A DNA stretch of 64,000 bases, from the IMG/VR virus record IMGVR_UViG_2974597873_000001, positions 32,001-96,000 of that record; one strand, 5' to 3'. The stretch is from a virus (lineage: Duplodnaviria; Caudoviricetes). Every line of letters starts with the position of its first letter. Within the stretch, counting starts at the first letter, position 1. The notes beneath the pieces were generated by a model, which had not been told where the DNA came from, did no database searches, and saw only the letters and a list, made by a program, of their open reading frames with translations. Below are positions 26,994 through 37,389 of the stretch, piece after piece. Position numbers and translations under genes: made by a program.

Positions 26994-27253
26994 CAGTTCT
27001 CCTTAGAATCGAAATTAACGATGCTGTCGTACTCAGCGTAGTAGCAGGAAACAACAGTACCACGCTCGCTGTCTCGCCACTCAGAAACCCAGTGGTCACC
27101 GTGAATGGACTTCTGCCACGAAAGAAGATCTTCGGGCTCCCACTCAGCGACAATAGCACAGGCACGCTCAAGTGAATCCGTGACGCCCAGGAAATCCTGA
27201 ACAGTCGGCGCGTCTCCGTCAGAGTCTTCCTGCATGGTGTAGACGACGTACAT
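26993..27253 (-). CDS. hypothetical protein
   Basis: MYVV...LGV..SLERA motif, similar to neighbour (IGVA.T...A). Confidence 0.7.
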   Translation of the reverse strand: MYVVYTMQEDSDGDAPTVQDFLGVTDSLERACAIVAEWEPEDLLSWQKSIHGDHWVSEWRDSERGTVVSCYYAEYDSIVNFDSKEN

Positions 27254-27432
27254 CAGAAACCCCCACCTTTCTTGATCTCGATGATTTCCTTGATTTCGCG
27301 GATAGGCCGCTTAAACTTACGAGCTACTTCCATGTACGGCTTGGGAAGGTAACCCTTGGCAACACCTCTACGGTACTCTCGGTTCCTTCGCAGGGACTTC
27401 CAGTATGCGTAGATTCTCTGCTCTTGTGCCAC
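27253..27432 (-). CDS. small basic protein (59 aa, not in ORF track)
   Basis: AGGAG RBS; MAQEQRIYAYWKSLRRNREYRR...VARKFKRPIREIKEII (HTH-like end). Confidence 0.65.
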   Translation of the reverse strand: MAQEQRIYAYWKSLRRNREYRRGVAKGYLPKPYMEVARKFKRPIREIKEIIEIKKGGGF

Positions 27433-27488
27433 CTTATCTCCTAGTTACTCTTGCGTCTACTCTCTCGTATTCGAGAGGTTTGTGTCAA

Positions 27489-27761
27489 CTACGGAAGCGG
27501 AGGAAGCCCCGCTCTCCGTGGTCTGGTTACGTGCTGAACACTAGCACGTTCCACCTTCGTTCGCACAAGTCCGTGCACAATCCCCGCAACTGCTGCAACA
27601 GCAAGAGCGCTGAGGACTGCGATGGGCAAGAAGCTAGCACCCACTGCAAGAGCTGTCAACAGTGGTAGTGTTGCCCACATCGGTACGCGCGGAAGCAAGT
27701 CGTAGGCGTACTCGTACACAGCAGACACGGCAAGGACAGACAGTCCCAGTTCAAGAATCAT
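27489..27761 (-). CDS. membrane protein
   Basis: Three hydrophobic segments, basic C-tail. Confidence 0.7.
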   Translation of the reverse strand: MILELGLSVLAVSAVYEYAYDLLPRVPMWATLPLLTALAVGASFLPIAVLSALAVAAVAGIVHGLVRTKVERASVQHVTRPRRAGLPPLP

Positions 27762-27801
27762 GTTGTTCCCTTCGTTGGTTGATGTCGCCACTGTACCAGA
27801 C

Positions 27802-27830
27802 TTGACGGCTCACGGGAAGCTGTGTATCCT
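27802..27830 (+). promoter_or_regulatory. rightward sigma-70-type promoter with no downstream ORF
   Basis: TTGACG-17-TATCCT. Confidence 0.5.
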
Positions 27831-27845
27831 GTCTTTTAACAATTA

Positions 27846-27892
27846 ATAAAAAACAAAATAGGGATATAGGTAATTAAACCTATATCCCTATT
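27846..27892 (-). terminator. intrinsic terminator ending the structural operon
   Basis: Perfect 15-bp inverted repeat AATAGGGATATAGGT/ACCTATATCCCTATT followed on minus strand by a long T tract. Confidence 0.85.
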
Positions 27893-27897
27893 CCTAT

Positions 27898-30231
27898 TTA
27901 AGTAGGATCTGATGCATAAATGATTTCGTATTTAGCACCAAGAGGAAGATTCTCTCTCACTACTGCATCAACTCTTTCTCTCTTGTGAGTAAGATCCTGA
28001 TAGTAGTGACTACGCGACTGGTTGACAGTCCCTTCCCACAGGTAATCCCCGCTGGAGAAATTACCGTCAAAGAAATCTACCGGATCAAGGCTTTCCGTAA
28101 CCATTACTGAATCCACCCAATAGCTATACGGAGCTGTGGCAGCCACATCGGCTACCGCCTGGTTAATCCAGATATGGAAATCTGGAAGGGCACCGCTAGG
28201 AATTACTAGCGATTGCTCAAGACGCACCCACTCACCATCCACGTTATGTGGCTGACTTCCATTGGCAGTGAAGCTATACGTCAATCCGGTGCTCGTGTAA
28301 CCGACACCGTTGGTGTCGTAGAACTGCATTCGCATGTCCGGGCAGCCTGGTCCCTTTTTGATCCACGCGGAGAAGTTGTAACGAACTCCGATCTTAAGAC
28401 CCTGAATCTGAGGCAATGCCCCGTTCCACACTCGGAAAGTACCTGGACCAAATCGTGCAGTTGGTGTCGCAGTAAACCCTCCACCAGGTTGCGTAACGTC
28501 CACGCGCAGAGATCCCAAACTCTTGTACCCAACGGTTGCATCCCAATTCGTTGTGTAAAGCTGGTTAAGATCTCCCGAAGTGCCAAATTGGAATCGTCCC
28601 CAACCATTAATGTTGGCGTTCATTCCACCGTTAAAGATGTGGTTGACTCTGTCGGCTCGCACCTTGATATTTGCTTCACGTGGAGCCTCGAATGTAGAAG
28701 GAGAATTCGAAACATTTGGAGTAATTCCCGTAATGAAATGATTATCCATCCAAATGAATTCGTTCTCCGCCACACCCGACCAAATGACCACTGGAATAAT
28801 TGCGGCTCGGGTAGTACCCACAGCGACAGGAACTGTGTAAGTTCCTTGCTGCCATGTAGAATCCCCAGGATGCGTCAGCATGTGTGTAATGGTCGGGTTA
28901 TTGTACGTAGCCGTAACAATTACTCCCGCATCATTGAATTGCACAATGGCCGGGAACCACTGAAGTCCCGGTCTGTCCGCAGAAACATACACTGATCCAC
29001 GAATTGTTTCTCCTTGCTTCACTGGAGCCTGAGCACCCTTAGAAGCATAGGGGAAATACACCTGAAGACCCGAGGTAATTGTTCTAGGAGATCCCGTAAG
29101 ACCCGGGAAGAACATTCGACCTGAATTCTTACCCGAATAAGCACGTGTTACCGAACGAATCACTTGGCTACTGCCCCCAAGACCCGCAGAAGACTGCGGC
29201 TGGTACATACAGCGTTCCTGGTAAGATGCCCCGTCCAAGCCCAGACGGTTTCCGAAGTTATTGTTCTCTTCGAGTTGCACATTCATAAAGTACTGATATG
29301 TGGTGTCAGGAATGTTGGTCCAGTTTCCCGCCACAGCAGCGTAACGAGCAGGCTTCCAGTAAGACCCATCACGGTACACACCAGGAGCCGTAGCAGACAG
29401 CCACGGACGTCCTGTGGTGGTGTTGTTGACGTTGGTGTTCAACCCTCCCAGAACACGTGAGCGTGCAGGGTCAGGCTGTAGCCAGTCGGCAAAACCTAGG
29501 TCAGTAATTCCGCCACGAATGATCTGAACAACAGGACCAGTTGTACCTACTGCTCCGGATTGCGCGAATCCGATAGCAGATAGAGTCTGAGGTTCTGTAT
29601 TTCTGAGTTCCCCGGAACCATTGGACTGGCTGAATACCGTAGCGCTCATGGCAAACTGGGATGGGCGAAGGTTTACGTCCCCGAAGTAAACACGGTGAAT
29701 ACCTTCCTCACCGTCTTCAATGGACCCGGCTACCACCAGTACGCTGACATTGTCGGACAGCCAAGGATATCCGATACGTCCTAGCTCTGTCCAGGTCTCC
29801 CCGTCAGTGGACGTCTCGAAGAAGAACGTAGTGCCTTCCTCGTCACGGATTCTCCAGAAGACATGAACATCAGGATCATAAGCCGGGAAAGGCGTATCCG
29901 GAATAAAGATTTCCTTATTCGCGGATAGGAAACCACGGAACTGACCAAGAGGTCCCACGTGCATTTGCACGTAGTCACTCGTGCTTGCCTGAATGATTAC
30001 CGCAGTCTGCTGAAGACTTCCTTCAGCCGGAATGATTCTCAGACTGAAGGAAGAATTCGTAGCATCGTACAGTGAGGCACCCAGATAACTGGGAATAGTG
30101 GCAGCTTCTACAAATGTCAGATCTGTTTCCGGATCAAATCCATAAGTACCGCTCGCCATATTCCAAATGGTGTTACGAACATTTTCGCCTAGAAAGGCGT
30201 CCGTGATCGTATCCATTTTGATGTCACTCAT
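27898..30231 (-). CDS. minor tail / fibre protein with lectin- and CBM-like beta-sandwich domains
   Basis: FW.RIR...F.TS.DG.TW, N...NG...GW, Y.FSAW.K, FFDG....Y.WEGT.N.S.S; last gene of baseplate block. Confidence 0.7.
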   Translation of the reverse strand: MSDIKMDTITDAFLGENVRNTIWNMASGTYGFDPETDLTFVEAATIPSYLGASLYDATNSSFSLRIIPAEGSLQQTAVIIQASTSDYVQMHVGPLGQFRGFLSANKEIFIPDTPFPAYDPDVHVFWRIRDEEGTTFFFETSTDGETWTELGRIGYPWLSDNVSVLVVAGSIEDGEEGIHRVYFGDVNLRPSQFAMSATVFSQSNGSGELRNTEPQTLSAIGFAQSGAVGTTGPVVQIIRGGITDLGFADWLQPDPARSRVLGGLNTNVNNTTTGRPWLSATAPGVYRDGSYWKPARYAAVAGNWTNIPDTTYQYFMNVQLEENNNFGNRLGLDGASYQERCMYQPQSSAGLGGSSQVIRSVTRAYSGKNSGRMFFPGLTGSPRTITSGLQVYFPYASKGAQAPVKQGETIRGSVYVSADRPGLQWFPAIVQFNDAGVIVTATYNNPTITHMLTHPGDSTWQQGTYTVPVAVGTTRAAIIPVVIWSGVAENEFIWMDNHFITGITPNVSNSPSTFEAPREANIKVRADRVNHIFNGGMNANINGWGRFQFGTSGDLNQLYTTNWDATVGYKSLGSLRVDVTQPGGGFTATPTARFGPGTFRVWNGALPQIQGLKIGVRYNFSAWIKKGPGCPDMRMQFYDTNGVGYTSTGLTYSFTANGSQPHNVDGEWVRLEQSLVIPSGALPDFHIWINQAVADVAATAPYSYWVDSVMVTESLDPVDFFDGNFSSGDYLWEGTVNQSRSHYYQDLTHKRERVDAVVRENLPLGAKYEIIYASDPT

Positions 30232-32607
30232 TTATACTCCAAGTGCGTAGCGTTGAATAATTCCATAACCGGATACAGGTGAACCAAGTGTAGAGTCCGG
30301 TACGTCCGCCAGAAGCGAAACATCCTCACCAGCGTTGTGGTTGGGACTACGGAAGTACTTCTCCACAGTTACTCGGTTGTTGAGAATGGTAATACGCACG
30401 CGATCCCAGTCAGAAATTCTAGGCCATGTGGCCTTAACTGTTTCTACGCCTCCGTTGTAAAGAACAAGACGAGTTCTGGTCATGAACCAGAAATTAGTTC
30501 CTGTTCTACGGAATAGCACTCCATTCTCGTAGTTTGTTGTGTCCTCGTAATCCACACCGTACGTAAATGCAAGGACTGCATTATCACGAGTGTCAGCCAA
30601 GTGGATGTAGGTGTACTTTGGCTTTGACCCAAGGGCCTGGAAGGCTTCTGGATTGACTCGCGCCTGCCCATACACAGATTCCCACAGGGTGGTTGCCACA
30701 GGGACTCCTACCCACGCCTGACCAAGCTGATTGTCCGTGTTTCCATTCAAGTTCGCGTAGTCAGAATCGAAACGAACAAACTGTGTAGCTGCTGTAGGAA
30801 GACGAGACTGGTGCATCTCATTCCCGTCGTCGTCATACCAAATGATATTGCTATTGGCTTGGACGTTAGTAGCACTGGTCATACGACGAGAATAGTGAGA
30901 AGACGTAAATGCTTGCTCCGCCGGTCTGTCGTACTGCCACACCAGATTAGACGTGTAAGATCCGGAAGGTTGATAGTTTAGCGTATCTGCCAGGGCGATG
31001 TAAATCTTTCCGTTGTACTCAACTTCCTCACCAGACTTGAATTCGAATACGGTGTTCCATTTCTTTACCAGAGGAAGAGGAATGGTGTCCTTGACAAACT
31101 GTGCTCTACCCGCAGGACCAAAATCCAGGTAAGTTTCGAATACCCAGAAAGCATCATTTGTACCAGGATTAATAGGACCGTAAGGAGTGCCAGGACCCGA
31201 AGGCTTCACTGCTCTATAGTAAATCAGACCTACTGTGACGTAGTTATTGGTCACGTAATTAGTAGCGTTGCTCCAAGGAGAGGCAGTAATTCTTCCTACT
31301 GATTGCAATCCCGTGATACCCGTAATAGGGGTACCGGTAACTGCTCGATACGCCAAACCATTCGTAGTAAAGTCTCCACCAACAAGAGGGTTGAGTACCC
31401 CGTGAATTTGGAAATACTCAGCCGTGTACGTACCCGCTGGACCAAAGAACCCTCCCACCCAAGTGGAAACACCACGAGTCATAGGATTGCCAAGGGTTAC
31501 ATCCTCCAGGACATTAAGCTGTACTTGCCAGTTACCGTCAGATGTGCCACCACCCGGAGGAGCGGATGTTGTGGTAGAAGCAAGACACTTGTACTGGTAT
31601 CCGTTGTAACGCACAAAGTCGTTCAAGAAGTAACGATTGCCGCTCTTCCAATCGGGATACTTAATGCTCTCAAACATCGCCTGATCCGCATTAAGCATCT
31701 TGTTGTAACCAATTTCAATGTCAGAAGTCCATCCGGTAACAGAAGCAATAGCGTTGTAAATGCTTTGCTCTGTCCCCTTTAGTCGGTAATTGGTAGAGAT
31801 GTTTCTTACACGGGCACGGCGAAGACGTGGAGAAGAAATGTAATCCGTTTCAAGACCGAATTGTCTACCAAGCTTTTCCAGATTGGCAGCCGACACGTAA
31901 TCCGGATCGTTAAGGAGAAGCAAGTTATCGTACTCAGTCTTGATGTCGTTAAGCGCAAATCCGAATAGGGACAAGTACTTGAACAACATCGGATTATCGA
32001 TATCGATATTCGCGAACAGATCCGACGTGACAATCTTATAAGGCTGAGGCGTACGGTTGTAGAGTCTTTCCGTGTACTTCTGATCCTTAATCGCCAAGGC
32101 AGCCGTCGTACCAGCCGGATACCACTGAGGCTTGTACGTCGTGCCTACCCAGAATCCTGAGCCCTGCACAGGCTCATGTCCCGCATTTCCCTCAGAGATA
32201 CACAGCCAGTAAATACCGTCATTAAGAACGACAGCACCTTCAGGATACTCCGTGAAGCTTGACCAGTCGGGCGCCTCCTGGCTCATAAACACTGTGTAGT
32301 AGTAGATGTAACCCTGAGCCAATCCAACGTCCTCAAAGGACGTACGGATGCTTTCCATGGTTGCTTCCAGTACAACGGTTCCGTCATCAGGAGTAGATGG
32401 GTAACCGTCAGTGTTACGAACCAGGCGTAGACGACGCCAGTCTTCGTCCTTGGGGGACTGCCAGGAAAGGGACAGTCTTCCATAATCAGTTTGCGAGATA
32501 AGAACAGGCTCGACACTATACGTACGCTGCTGGGACGCGCCATACAGAATCGTTCCGTAAATGTCTACTCCATAGCCTGTGCTACCCGGAGCTGTAGGTG
32601 TACTCAT
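30232..32607 (-). CDS. baseplate/minor tail protein with CBM5/12-like repeats
   Basis: Four W...Y..G/N..V.Y.G..Y repeats; KGT..SI...TGW wedge-like segment. Confidence 0.7.
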   Translation of the reverse strand: MSTPTAPGSTGYGVDIYGTILYGASQQRTYSVEPVLISQTDYGRLSLSWQSPKDEDWRRLRLVRNTDGYPSTPDDGTVVLEATMESIRTSFEDVGLAQGYIYYYTVFMSQEAPDWSSFTEYPEGAVVLNDGIYWLCISEGNAGHEPVQGSGFWVGTTYKPQWYPAGTTAALAIKDQKYTERLYNRTPQPYKIVTSDLFANIDIDNPMLFKYLSLFGFALNDIKTEYDNLLLLNDPDYVSAANLEKLGRQFGLETDYISSPRLRRARVRNISTNYRLKGTEQSIYNAIASVTGWTSDIEIGYNKMLNADQAMFESIKYPDWKSGNRYFLNDFVRYNGYQYKCLASTTTSAPPGGGTSDGNWQVQLNVLEDVTLGNPMTRGVSTWVGGFFGPAGTYTAEYFQIHGVLNPLVGGDFTTNGLAYRAVTGTPITGITGLQSVGRITASPWSNATNYVTNNYVTVGLIYYRAVKPSGPGTPYGPINPGTNDAFWVFETYLDFGPAGRAQFVKDTIPLPLVKKWNTVFEFKSGEEVEYNGKIYIALADTLNYQPSGSYTSNLVWQYDRPAEQAFTSSHYSRRMTSATNVQANSNIIWYDDDGNEMHQSRLPTAATQFVRFDSDYANLNGNTDNQLGQAWVGVPVATTLWESVYGQARVNPEAFQALGSKPKYTYIHLADTRDNAVLAFTYGVDYEDTTNYENGVLFRRTGTNFWFMTRTRLVLYNGGVETVKATWPRISDWDRVRITILNNRVTVEKYFRSPNHNAGEDVSLLADVPDSTLGSPVSGYGIIQRYALGV

Positions 32608-32625
32608 CCTCTTCCTTTCCTGACA

Positions 32626-33306
32626 TTACAAATTGTTAGCCGTTGGTGGATCACGGTGGTAGACCGCCGTAAGCCACGCTGTTGCCCAGAAGGTTCCCTT
32701 CGTCTGTACCTTCTGAAGAATCTGGAGCTGCATTCCAGTTCCCTTTGTCCAGTACATAAAGGCACTACAGTTATCTCTGTTGAATTCCCTCCAACCATTC
32801 GGGTAATACGTACCCTGACCGCTGGAAAGCCCAATAGTGTTTGGAGGAGCGAAACCAACCTCCACCTTTCCAGAACGATCAAATGCTGGAATAGCACTGA
32901 TTGTCAGGGCGTCGTCCTTGTGCCAGCGTGCGTACGCCGTAATGGTGTACCAACCAGTACGAGGACATGTGATGGTGTTACCACTCGTCCAAGCTCCGTG
33001 AGTATCAACTTGCTTACTCGTGAAGTTCGGACGTGTGATCTTTCCGAAAGGAACCTTGAAGTCCGTGGCAGTAACACGAACCATCGGGGTGGATACACCT
33101 CTGCGTACAGCAGTGATGCGATCCTTTACGGTAGGCCAGGACTTTGTCTGACCATCAATTGAATCTGTTTGAGGCATAGCGCCAAGAGTTCTTTGCAACG
33201 CAGTGACTTCGTCGTATGCCTGGTTAACATCCCCGGCATCAACAATCATCGTGTAATTCTGGCGCTGACTAAAACTCTTTACCGCTGTAGGGTAAACCGC
33301 AGCCAT
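32626..33306 (-). CDS. minor tail protein
   Basis: MAAVYP...F...VN...DEV.ALQ..LG N-terminus; C1q-like C-terminal domain (TGWY.I). Confidence 0.65.
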   Translation of the reverse strand: MAAVYPTAVKSFSQRQNYTMIVDAGDVNQAYDEVTALQRTLGAMPQTDSIDGQTKSWPTVKDRITAVRRGVSTPMVRVTATDFKVPFGKITRPNFTSKQVDTHGAWTSGNTITCPRTGWYTITAYARWHKDDALTISAIPAFDRSGKVEVGFAPPNTIGLSSGQGTYYPNGWREFNRDNCSAFMYWTKGTGMQLQILQKVQTKGTFWATAWLTAVYHRDPPTANNL

Positions 33307-33318
33307 TGTTTCTCCTTA

Positions 33319-34836
33319 TCAAGCCGTGGAAGTAGTCACTGTAATGGTACCGCTTTTCGGAATCTCCCAATCGCGGGCGAAGATATCCGAGACGCTGGTA
33401 GCAAAATCAGCACGTGTCATTGTGGTAACAGTCACGTAGGAAACTCCAGGAATAGCATTGATGGTGGAGTACACGAGGCTGACAGGAATACGCATTCCTA
33501 GTGTTGTGGCAGACGCCTCGAACAATCCTTGAATAGCCTGCGTCACACGTAGCTTCATCGCGTCGGCATTGAAGCGAGCTTCACAACCCACGTTCACGGT
33601 GATGTTCACATTGAACGTAGAAGCGGCCTGAGCGGTCACTGTAGCGCCTACCATAGCGCGCTCCTGTAGATACCTCGTCGTCACGTCCAAAAGCCCCTGA
33701 GTGGGGATTGTGTTGCCTGTGGCAAGGCAATAGACCGTGACGTTGTTGTAGTTGTTCGCAATAGCCTTTGCTTGGCTAATGGACGCCACACCCAAAGCAA
33801 GGTCACCGAAATCCTGCAAGGTAACCGCGCGGTTCTGTGTGCGGTAAGCACGAGGAGCATTGTTACGGATCTGATCGATAGTCTCCGCGTCTGCTCCACC
33901 TGTCATGGCTGTGGAGGACGCCACGCTTACACCGGCAACAGCGGAAGCAATGTCCACTACTTGATTGGCAGCCAAGTTACCGAGAACTCCACCACCTACA
34001 CGGTAACCGGCGTATACGTTAAGTCCTGCGGCTGGTACAGCACCGTTGATGTTGTCACCGAAATTGATAGTGACAACGCCATCCTCATCTGTAGAAGACG
34101 TCCATACCGTGTCGGTATCCACAGCGTCCATCAGGGTTGAAACTTCAAACCACTGAGTAACAGGGTCTGAGGTATTGGTCAGGGAATCCGGATTGTAACT
34201 AGGATTCTCTACCCATACCGTAATAGATCCACCTACTACAGGATTGTTCTCCAAGGAGAATGACTGCAAGATCGTGCCGTCAGAAATTCCCAGAGGCTCC
34301 ACAAGCAATGTGAATGTATTGCCCGTGAAGATTCCCATGTCGAAAGAAGTAGTTCCTTGGGTCTCACCTTGAATCACATTTACCGGAGCGGTACCACCAG
34401 CGGAAGGAACGGTGACGTCAGCCACAGTCTCAAATACGATAGGAGCACCAAGGGACGTAACGAATACGGTAGTAACCTGTGTACCCGAAGGAACCACAAT
34501 GGAATCAGTCTGTGTGTCGTCCGTCTGGAAAGTAACCGTTCCGGTAGACGCAATAGGCTGTCCCGGTACGTATCCCAACAATGTTGCCAAACGAATCACA
34601 GAGGACAACTGTGTGGCTGTGCTGATGTACGCCTCAGCCACCGTGCGGTCACCGTAGTAGGACAACACGTCCATCTCACGCGCGAAGGATTCCAGAAGCA
34701 TCATTTCCAAACCACCAGGGTTCTGGTTTGACCATTCCGGGAATGCCAGAGTCGCGTATTCCAGCATAGAATCCATAAAGCCCTGGTAGTCCTTGGACGT
34801 GTAATCCACGCTCAAGCCAGGATTAACACTAGCCAT
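33319..34836 (-). CDS. baseplate J / gp6-like wedge protein
   Basis: DYTSKD, LSYY.D...EAY..TA, FGD...G..P, GG.DAET...R, QNRAVT..DF. Confidence 0.9.
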   Translation of the reverse strand: MASVNPGLSVDYTSKDYQGFMDSMLEYATLAFPEWSNQNPGGLEMMLLESFAREMDVLSYYGDRTVAEAYISTATQLSSVIRLATLLGYVPGQPIASTGTVTFQTDDTQTDSIVVPSGTQVTTVFVTSLGAPIVFETVADVTVPSAGGTAPVNVIQGETQGTTSFDMGIFTGNTFTLLVEPLGISDGTILQSFSLENNPVVGGSITVWVENPSYNPDSLTNTSDPVTQWFEVSTLMDAVDTDTVWTSSTDEDGVVTINFGDNINGAVPAAGLNVYAGYRVGGGVLGNLAANQVVDIASAVAGVSVASSTAMTGGADAETIDQIRNNAPRAYRTQNRAVTLQDFGDLALGVASISQAKAIANNYNNVTVYCLATGNTIPTQGLLDVTTRYLQERAMVGATVTAQAASTFNVNITVNVGCEARFNADAMKLRVTQAIQGLFEASATTLGMRIPVSLVYSTINAIPGVSYVTVTTMTRADFATSVSDIFARDWEIPKSGTITVTTSTA

Positions 34837-35242
34837 TTACTGATACCTCTTTCACAGTTCCTCCAACACGGATAACAGCCGCGTCAGAAACTACACGGGC
34901 TGGGGATGCTTGTAGCAGCGGAGCAAATTCAATATCCAAAGATGCCACACCATCATTAGCCTCGGAGGTAACAGGAACAATTGCCGTAACAACCGTACCG
35001 GGTTCGAATTTACCCATCTGGTCAGTAACCAATTGTCGAAGCTCTGTGTCCACCAGGCTGTCACCTACACCAAACAACATGCGCGACAACGGAATACCCA
35101 TGTCAGCACGCATGGCTCTTTGACCAGGCTCGGTACCGACAATGGCTCTTACTCGCTGAGAGGTTTGCTTGTCGATATCTGTTTCAGTTTGTACTGCCCC
35201 ATTCTCCATAAGGGTAAATGGGATTGTCATTTGTGTACCCAT
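34829..35242 (-). CDS. gp25/GPW-like baseplate wedge protein
   Basis: T.PG.R.MR.D.G, FEP. Confidence 0.85.
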   Translation of the reverse strand: MGTQMTIPFTLMENGAVQTETDIDKQTSQRVRAIVGTEPGQRAMRADMGIPLSRMLFGVGDSLVDTELRQLVTDQMGKFEPGTVVTAIVPVTSEANDGVASLDIEFAPLLQASPARVVSDAAVIRVGGTVKEVSVNG

Positions 35243-35250
35243 AGGATCTC

Positions 35251-35883
35251 CTACTTGGTGAATCGGATGCCGTGAAAGCTGACAAAGGTGGTTTGGATAA
35301 AAGCACTTCCAAGGAGTACGACATTTCCGTTGTTGTTAATATCTACCTTGATGCTATGGTTTGCGACCTGCGTAGTGGCATTTGCGTAAGTGTTCTGCGC
35401 AATAGGAGTCGTTCTACGCACGGAAGGACGATTACCCAGAGGAAGCTGAAACACAACACCACCGTTAGGGATAAGGAAGTTAGGAAAAGTTCCTGTGGAT
35501 GCCACGGTTGCGGCTCCTCGGAATTCGAGCCAAGTCTGTCCTTGCACAGTGTATTCAGCCCATTCCACGTTTCCGGAGGCATTACCGTTATGCGTAAAAC
35601 CCGTTTGCAACGGTGCCAAATTCCACGTAACGGTAGGCTCCACAGGATTAGGTGTTTCAGTAGCGGGAAGGTACACAGGCTTATTGATGTAACCACCGTT
35701 AAACATCACCCAAAGAATCGTCCCCACCGTAGGCAAGGGAAGCACAGGATTAACTGGTTCTACCCAGTCAAGCTCTGCGCTTCCCGATACCTGCGGAACC
35801 TTTACCCTGATTCTTTTCTTGTTCTGCGGATCAGCGGTATTGGTAACGATCGCTCGGTAGATACCCGTTAGATCATCTTGCAT
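35251..35883 (-). CDS. baseplate spike (gp5/phage base V OB-fold)
   Basis: G.YRA.V....DP....RI.VKVP, W..P, P.VG..WV.F.GG...PV; start at MQDD. Confidence 0.85.
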   Translation of the reverse strand: MQDDLTGIYRAIVTNTADPQNKKRIRVKVPQVSGSAELDWVEPVNPVLPLPTVGTILWVMFNGGYINKPVYLPATETPNPVEPTVTWNLAPLQTGFTHNGNASGNVEWAEYTVQGQTWLEFRGAATVASTGTFPNFLIPNGGVVFQLPLGNRPSVRRTTPIAQNTYANATTQVANHSIKVDINNNGNVVLLGSAFIQTTFVSFHGIRFTK

Positions 35884-37108
35884 TTCTGATTGCTCCGATG
35901 TTCGTAGACTTCCACACACCGTTTACCAACTTTGGAGGGATAGTCTTAGCCGATGCTGCGGTGCGAGATGGTTGCTTAGCCTGCAAAATAAATGATTGGT
36001 TTCTCGTCAATTCCATGTCAATTCTGTACGTGGAACTTCTGATATTTCCAGAACGAGCGGGCTTCGTCAGATTATGTACCGCTTTCTTTACCAGCCATAC
36101 GCCTGCGTCATCTTCCGGAATACCGGTACCAACCAACTGAACCATGTTGTTAGGCTTTACCCGGCTGTCTCCGATAACAGTTGCCTTAGCTTCCACCCAG
36201 TACTGATTGATAACGGTGTACGCGTTCAATCTCTGCTGTGCTTCCGCGTAAGACTCCACGGGGAAACCCACGTACTGGTCAAGCACTGGGGCCGTAGTAC
36301 CTTGCTCAAAAGCCTGGTACAAGTCATAACCTTGCTTAGCATTTACGTAGAATCCTGTGGAGGGGTTTAGCCCACCCATGGTACGGCTCGCAATGTAGTT
36401 GTGTTCCGTAGTAGTACCCACAGTAGGAATGAATTCCTCCAACGTATCCTTGATACCTGGATTGCTGTAACGCCAGAACTGTGGAACATCTCTAGAGCCC
36501 GGAGAAGAACCCATAACGATGTTGGGATTTACGAAATACAAATCTGTGTTATCCACATAGAACTTGTATCCGATCTCGTCCGCCAAAGCCTTGAGGAACT
36601 TGAAGTCGCTAAGGTTCTGTAGACGATAATCGTACGCAGTTCTCACCGGGTGTACTACAGCTCTAAGTCCATTCTTGGCTGCCACAGCAGAAGCAATAGA
36701 TGTAGGGCTGTAATTCTTCCACGCTTTGTTAACAGTTGACTGCATCTTCCACGTCGTACCCGTAATGGTGTAACGCACTGTATTAACAATGGTACCTGAA
36801 TATACGGGATCTTTGGAAGTCTGCATTACCGCGTGGGACGTTACATAACCCAAAGCTGTGGTAGTGGCGCTTGGGTAGTTCCCGTACGTAATACGTACGG
36901 GAGTACCCTCACGCAGATAAGACCAACTGGTACGTGCTTTCGCATTACCACGGGAAGCACCAGGACCGGTGTACTGAACGTCCATGGTCATGATTGTGTG
37001 CTTTCCGTATTCCTGGATAAGTTGTACAGCAGACACGAAGAAGTTGAAAGGCTTGTTGTTAACGTCCACCGCGTAGTAGGCAGTGGAGGGCATACGGTTA
37101 AGAAACAC
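35873..37108 (-). CDS. baseplate hub (gp27/VgrG/GPD-like)
   Basis: Q..SD..FL..LA...GY.F, G.....P...V.L.G.....G.W.V..A.H. Confidence 0.8.
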   Translation of the reverse strand: MFLNRMPSTAYYAVDVNNKPFNFFVSAVQLIQEYGKHTIMTMDVQYTGPGASRGNAKARTSWSYLREGTPVRITYGNYPSATTTALGYVTSHAVMQTSKDPVYSGTIVNTVRYTITGTTWKMQSTVNKAWKNYSPTSIASAVAAKNGLRAVVHPVRTAYDYRLQNLSDFKFLKALADEIGYKFYVDNTDLYFVNPNIVMGSSPGSRDVPQFWRYSNPGIKDTLEEFIPTVGTTTEHNYIASRTMGGLNPSTGFYVNAKQGYDLYQAFEQGTTAPVLDQYVGFPVESYAEAQQRLNAYTVINQYWVEAKATVIGDSRVKPNNMVQLVGTGIPEDDAGVWLVKKAVHNLTKPARSGNIRSSTYRIDMELTRNQSFILQAKQPSRTAASAKTIPPKLVNGVWKSTNIGAIRNAR

Positions 37109-37379
37109 TTGGCACTCTCACTTTCGTTCCGCGCGGTAGATCATTCCAATAAAGGATTTCAGGATTAGCGTCAGCGATAATCCACCAAGCCGTCTCATCT
37201 CCATATGCGGACCACGACAGATACTCAATCTGATCCTCGTCTTGCCACGTATACGTACTGAAACGGATTCGCAATTCGTCAGGTGGCTCGATGATGATTG
37301 TGGTTCTAGTGGTTCCTGTAATGTCCGTGATAGCTTTTACGTCGTTCTGTGCATAACGACTACTTGCGTCAATAGGCAT
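37098..37379 (-). CDS. LysM-like baseplate protein
   Basis: SRY...YT..D...LS..YGD...WWIIADANP...G..VRVP. Confidence 0.8.
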   Translation of the reverse strand: MPIDASSRYAQNDVKAITDITGTTRTTIIIEPPDELRIRFSTYTWQDEDQIEYLSWSAYGDETAWWIIADANPEILYWNDLPRGTKVRVPSVS

Positions 37380-37389
37380 AATCAGAATC

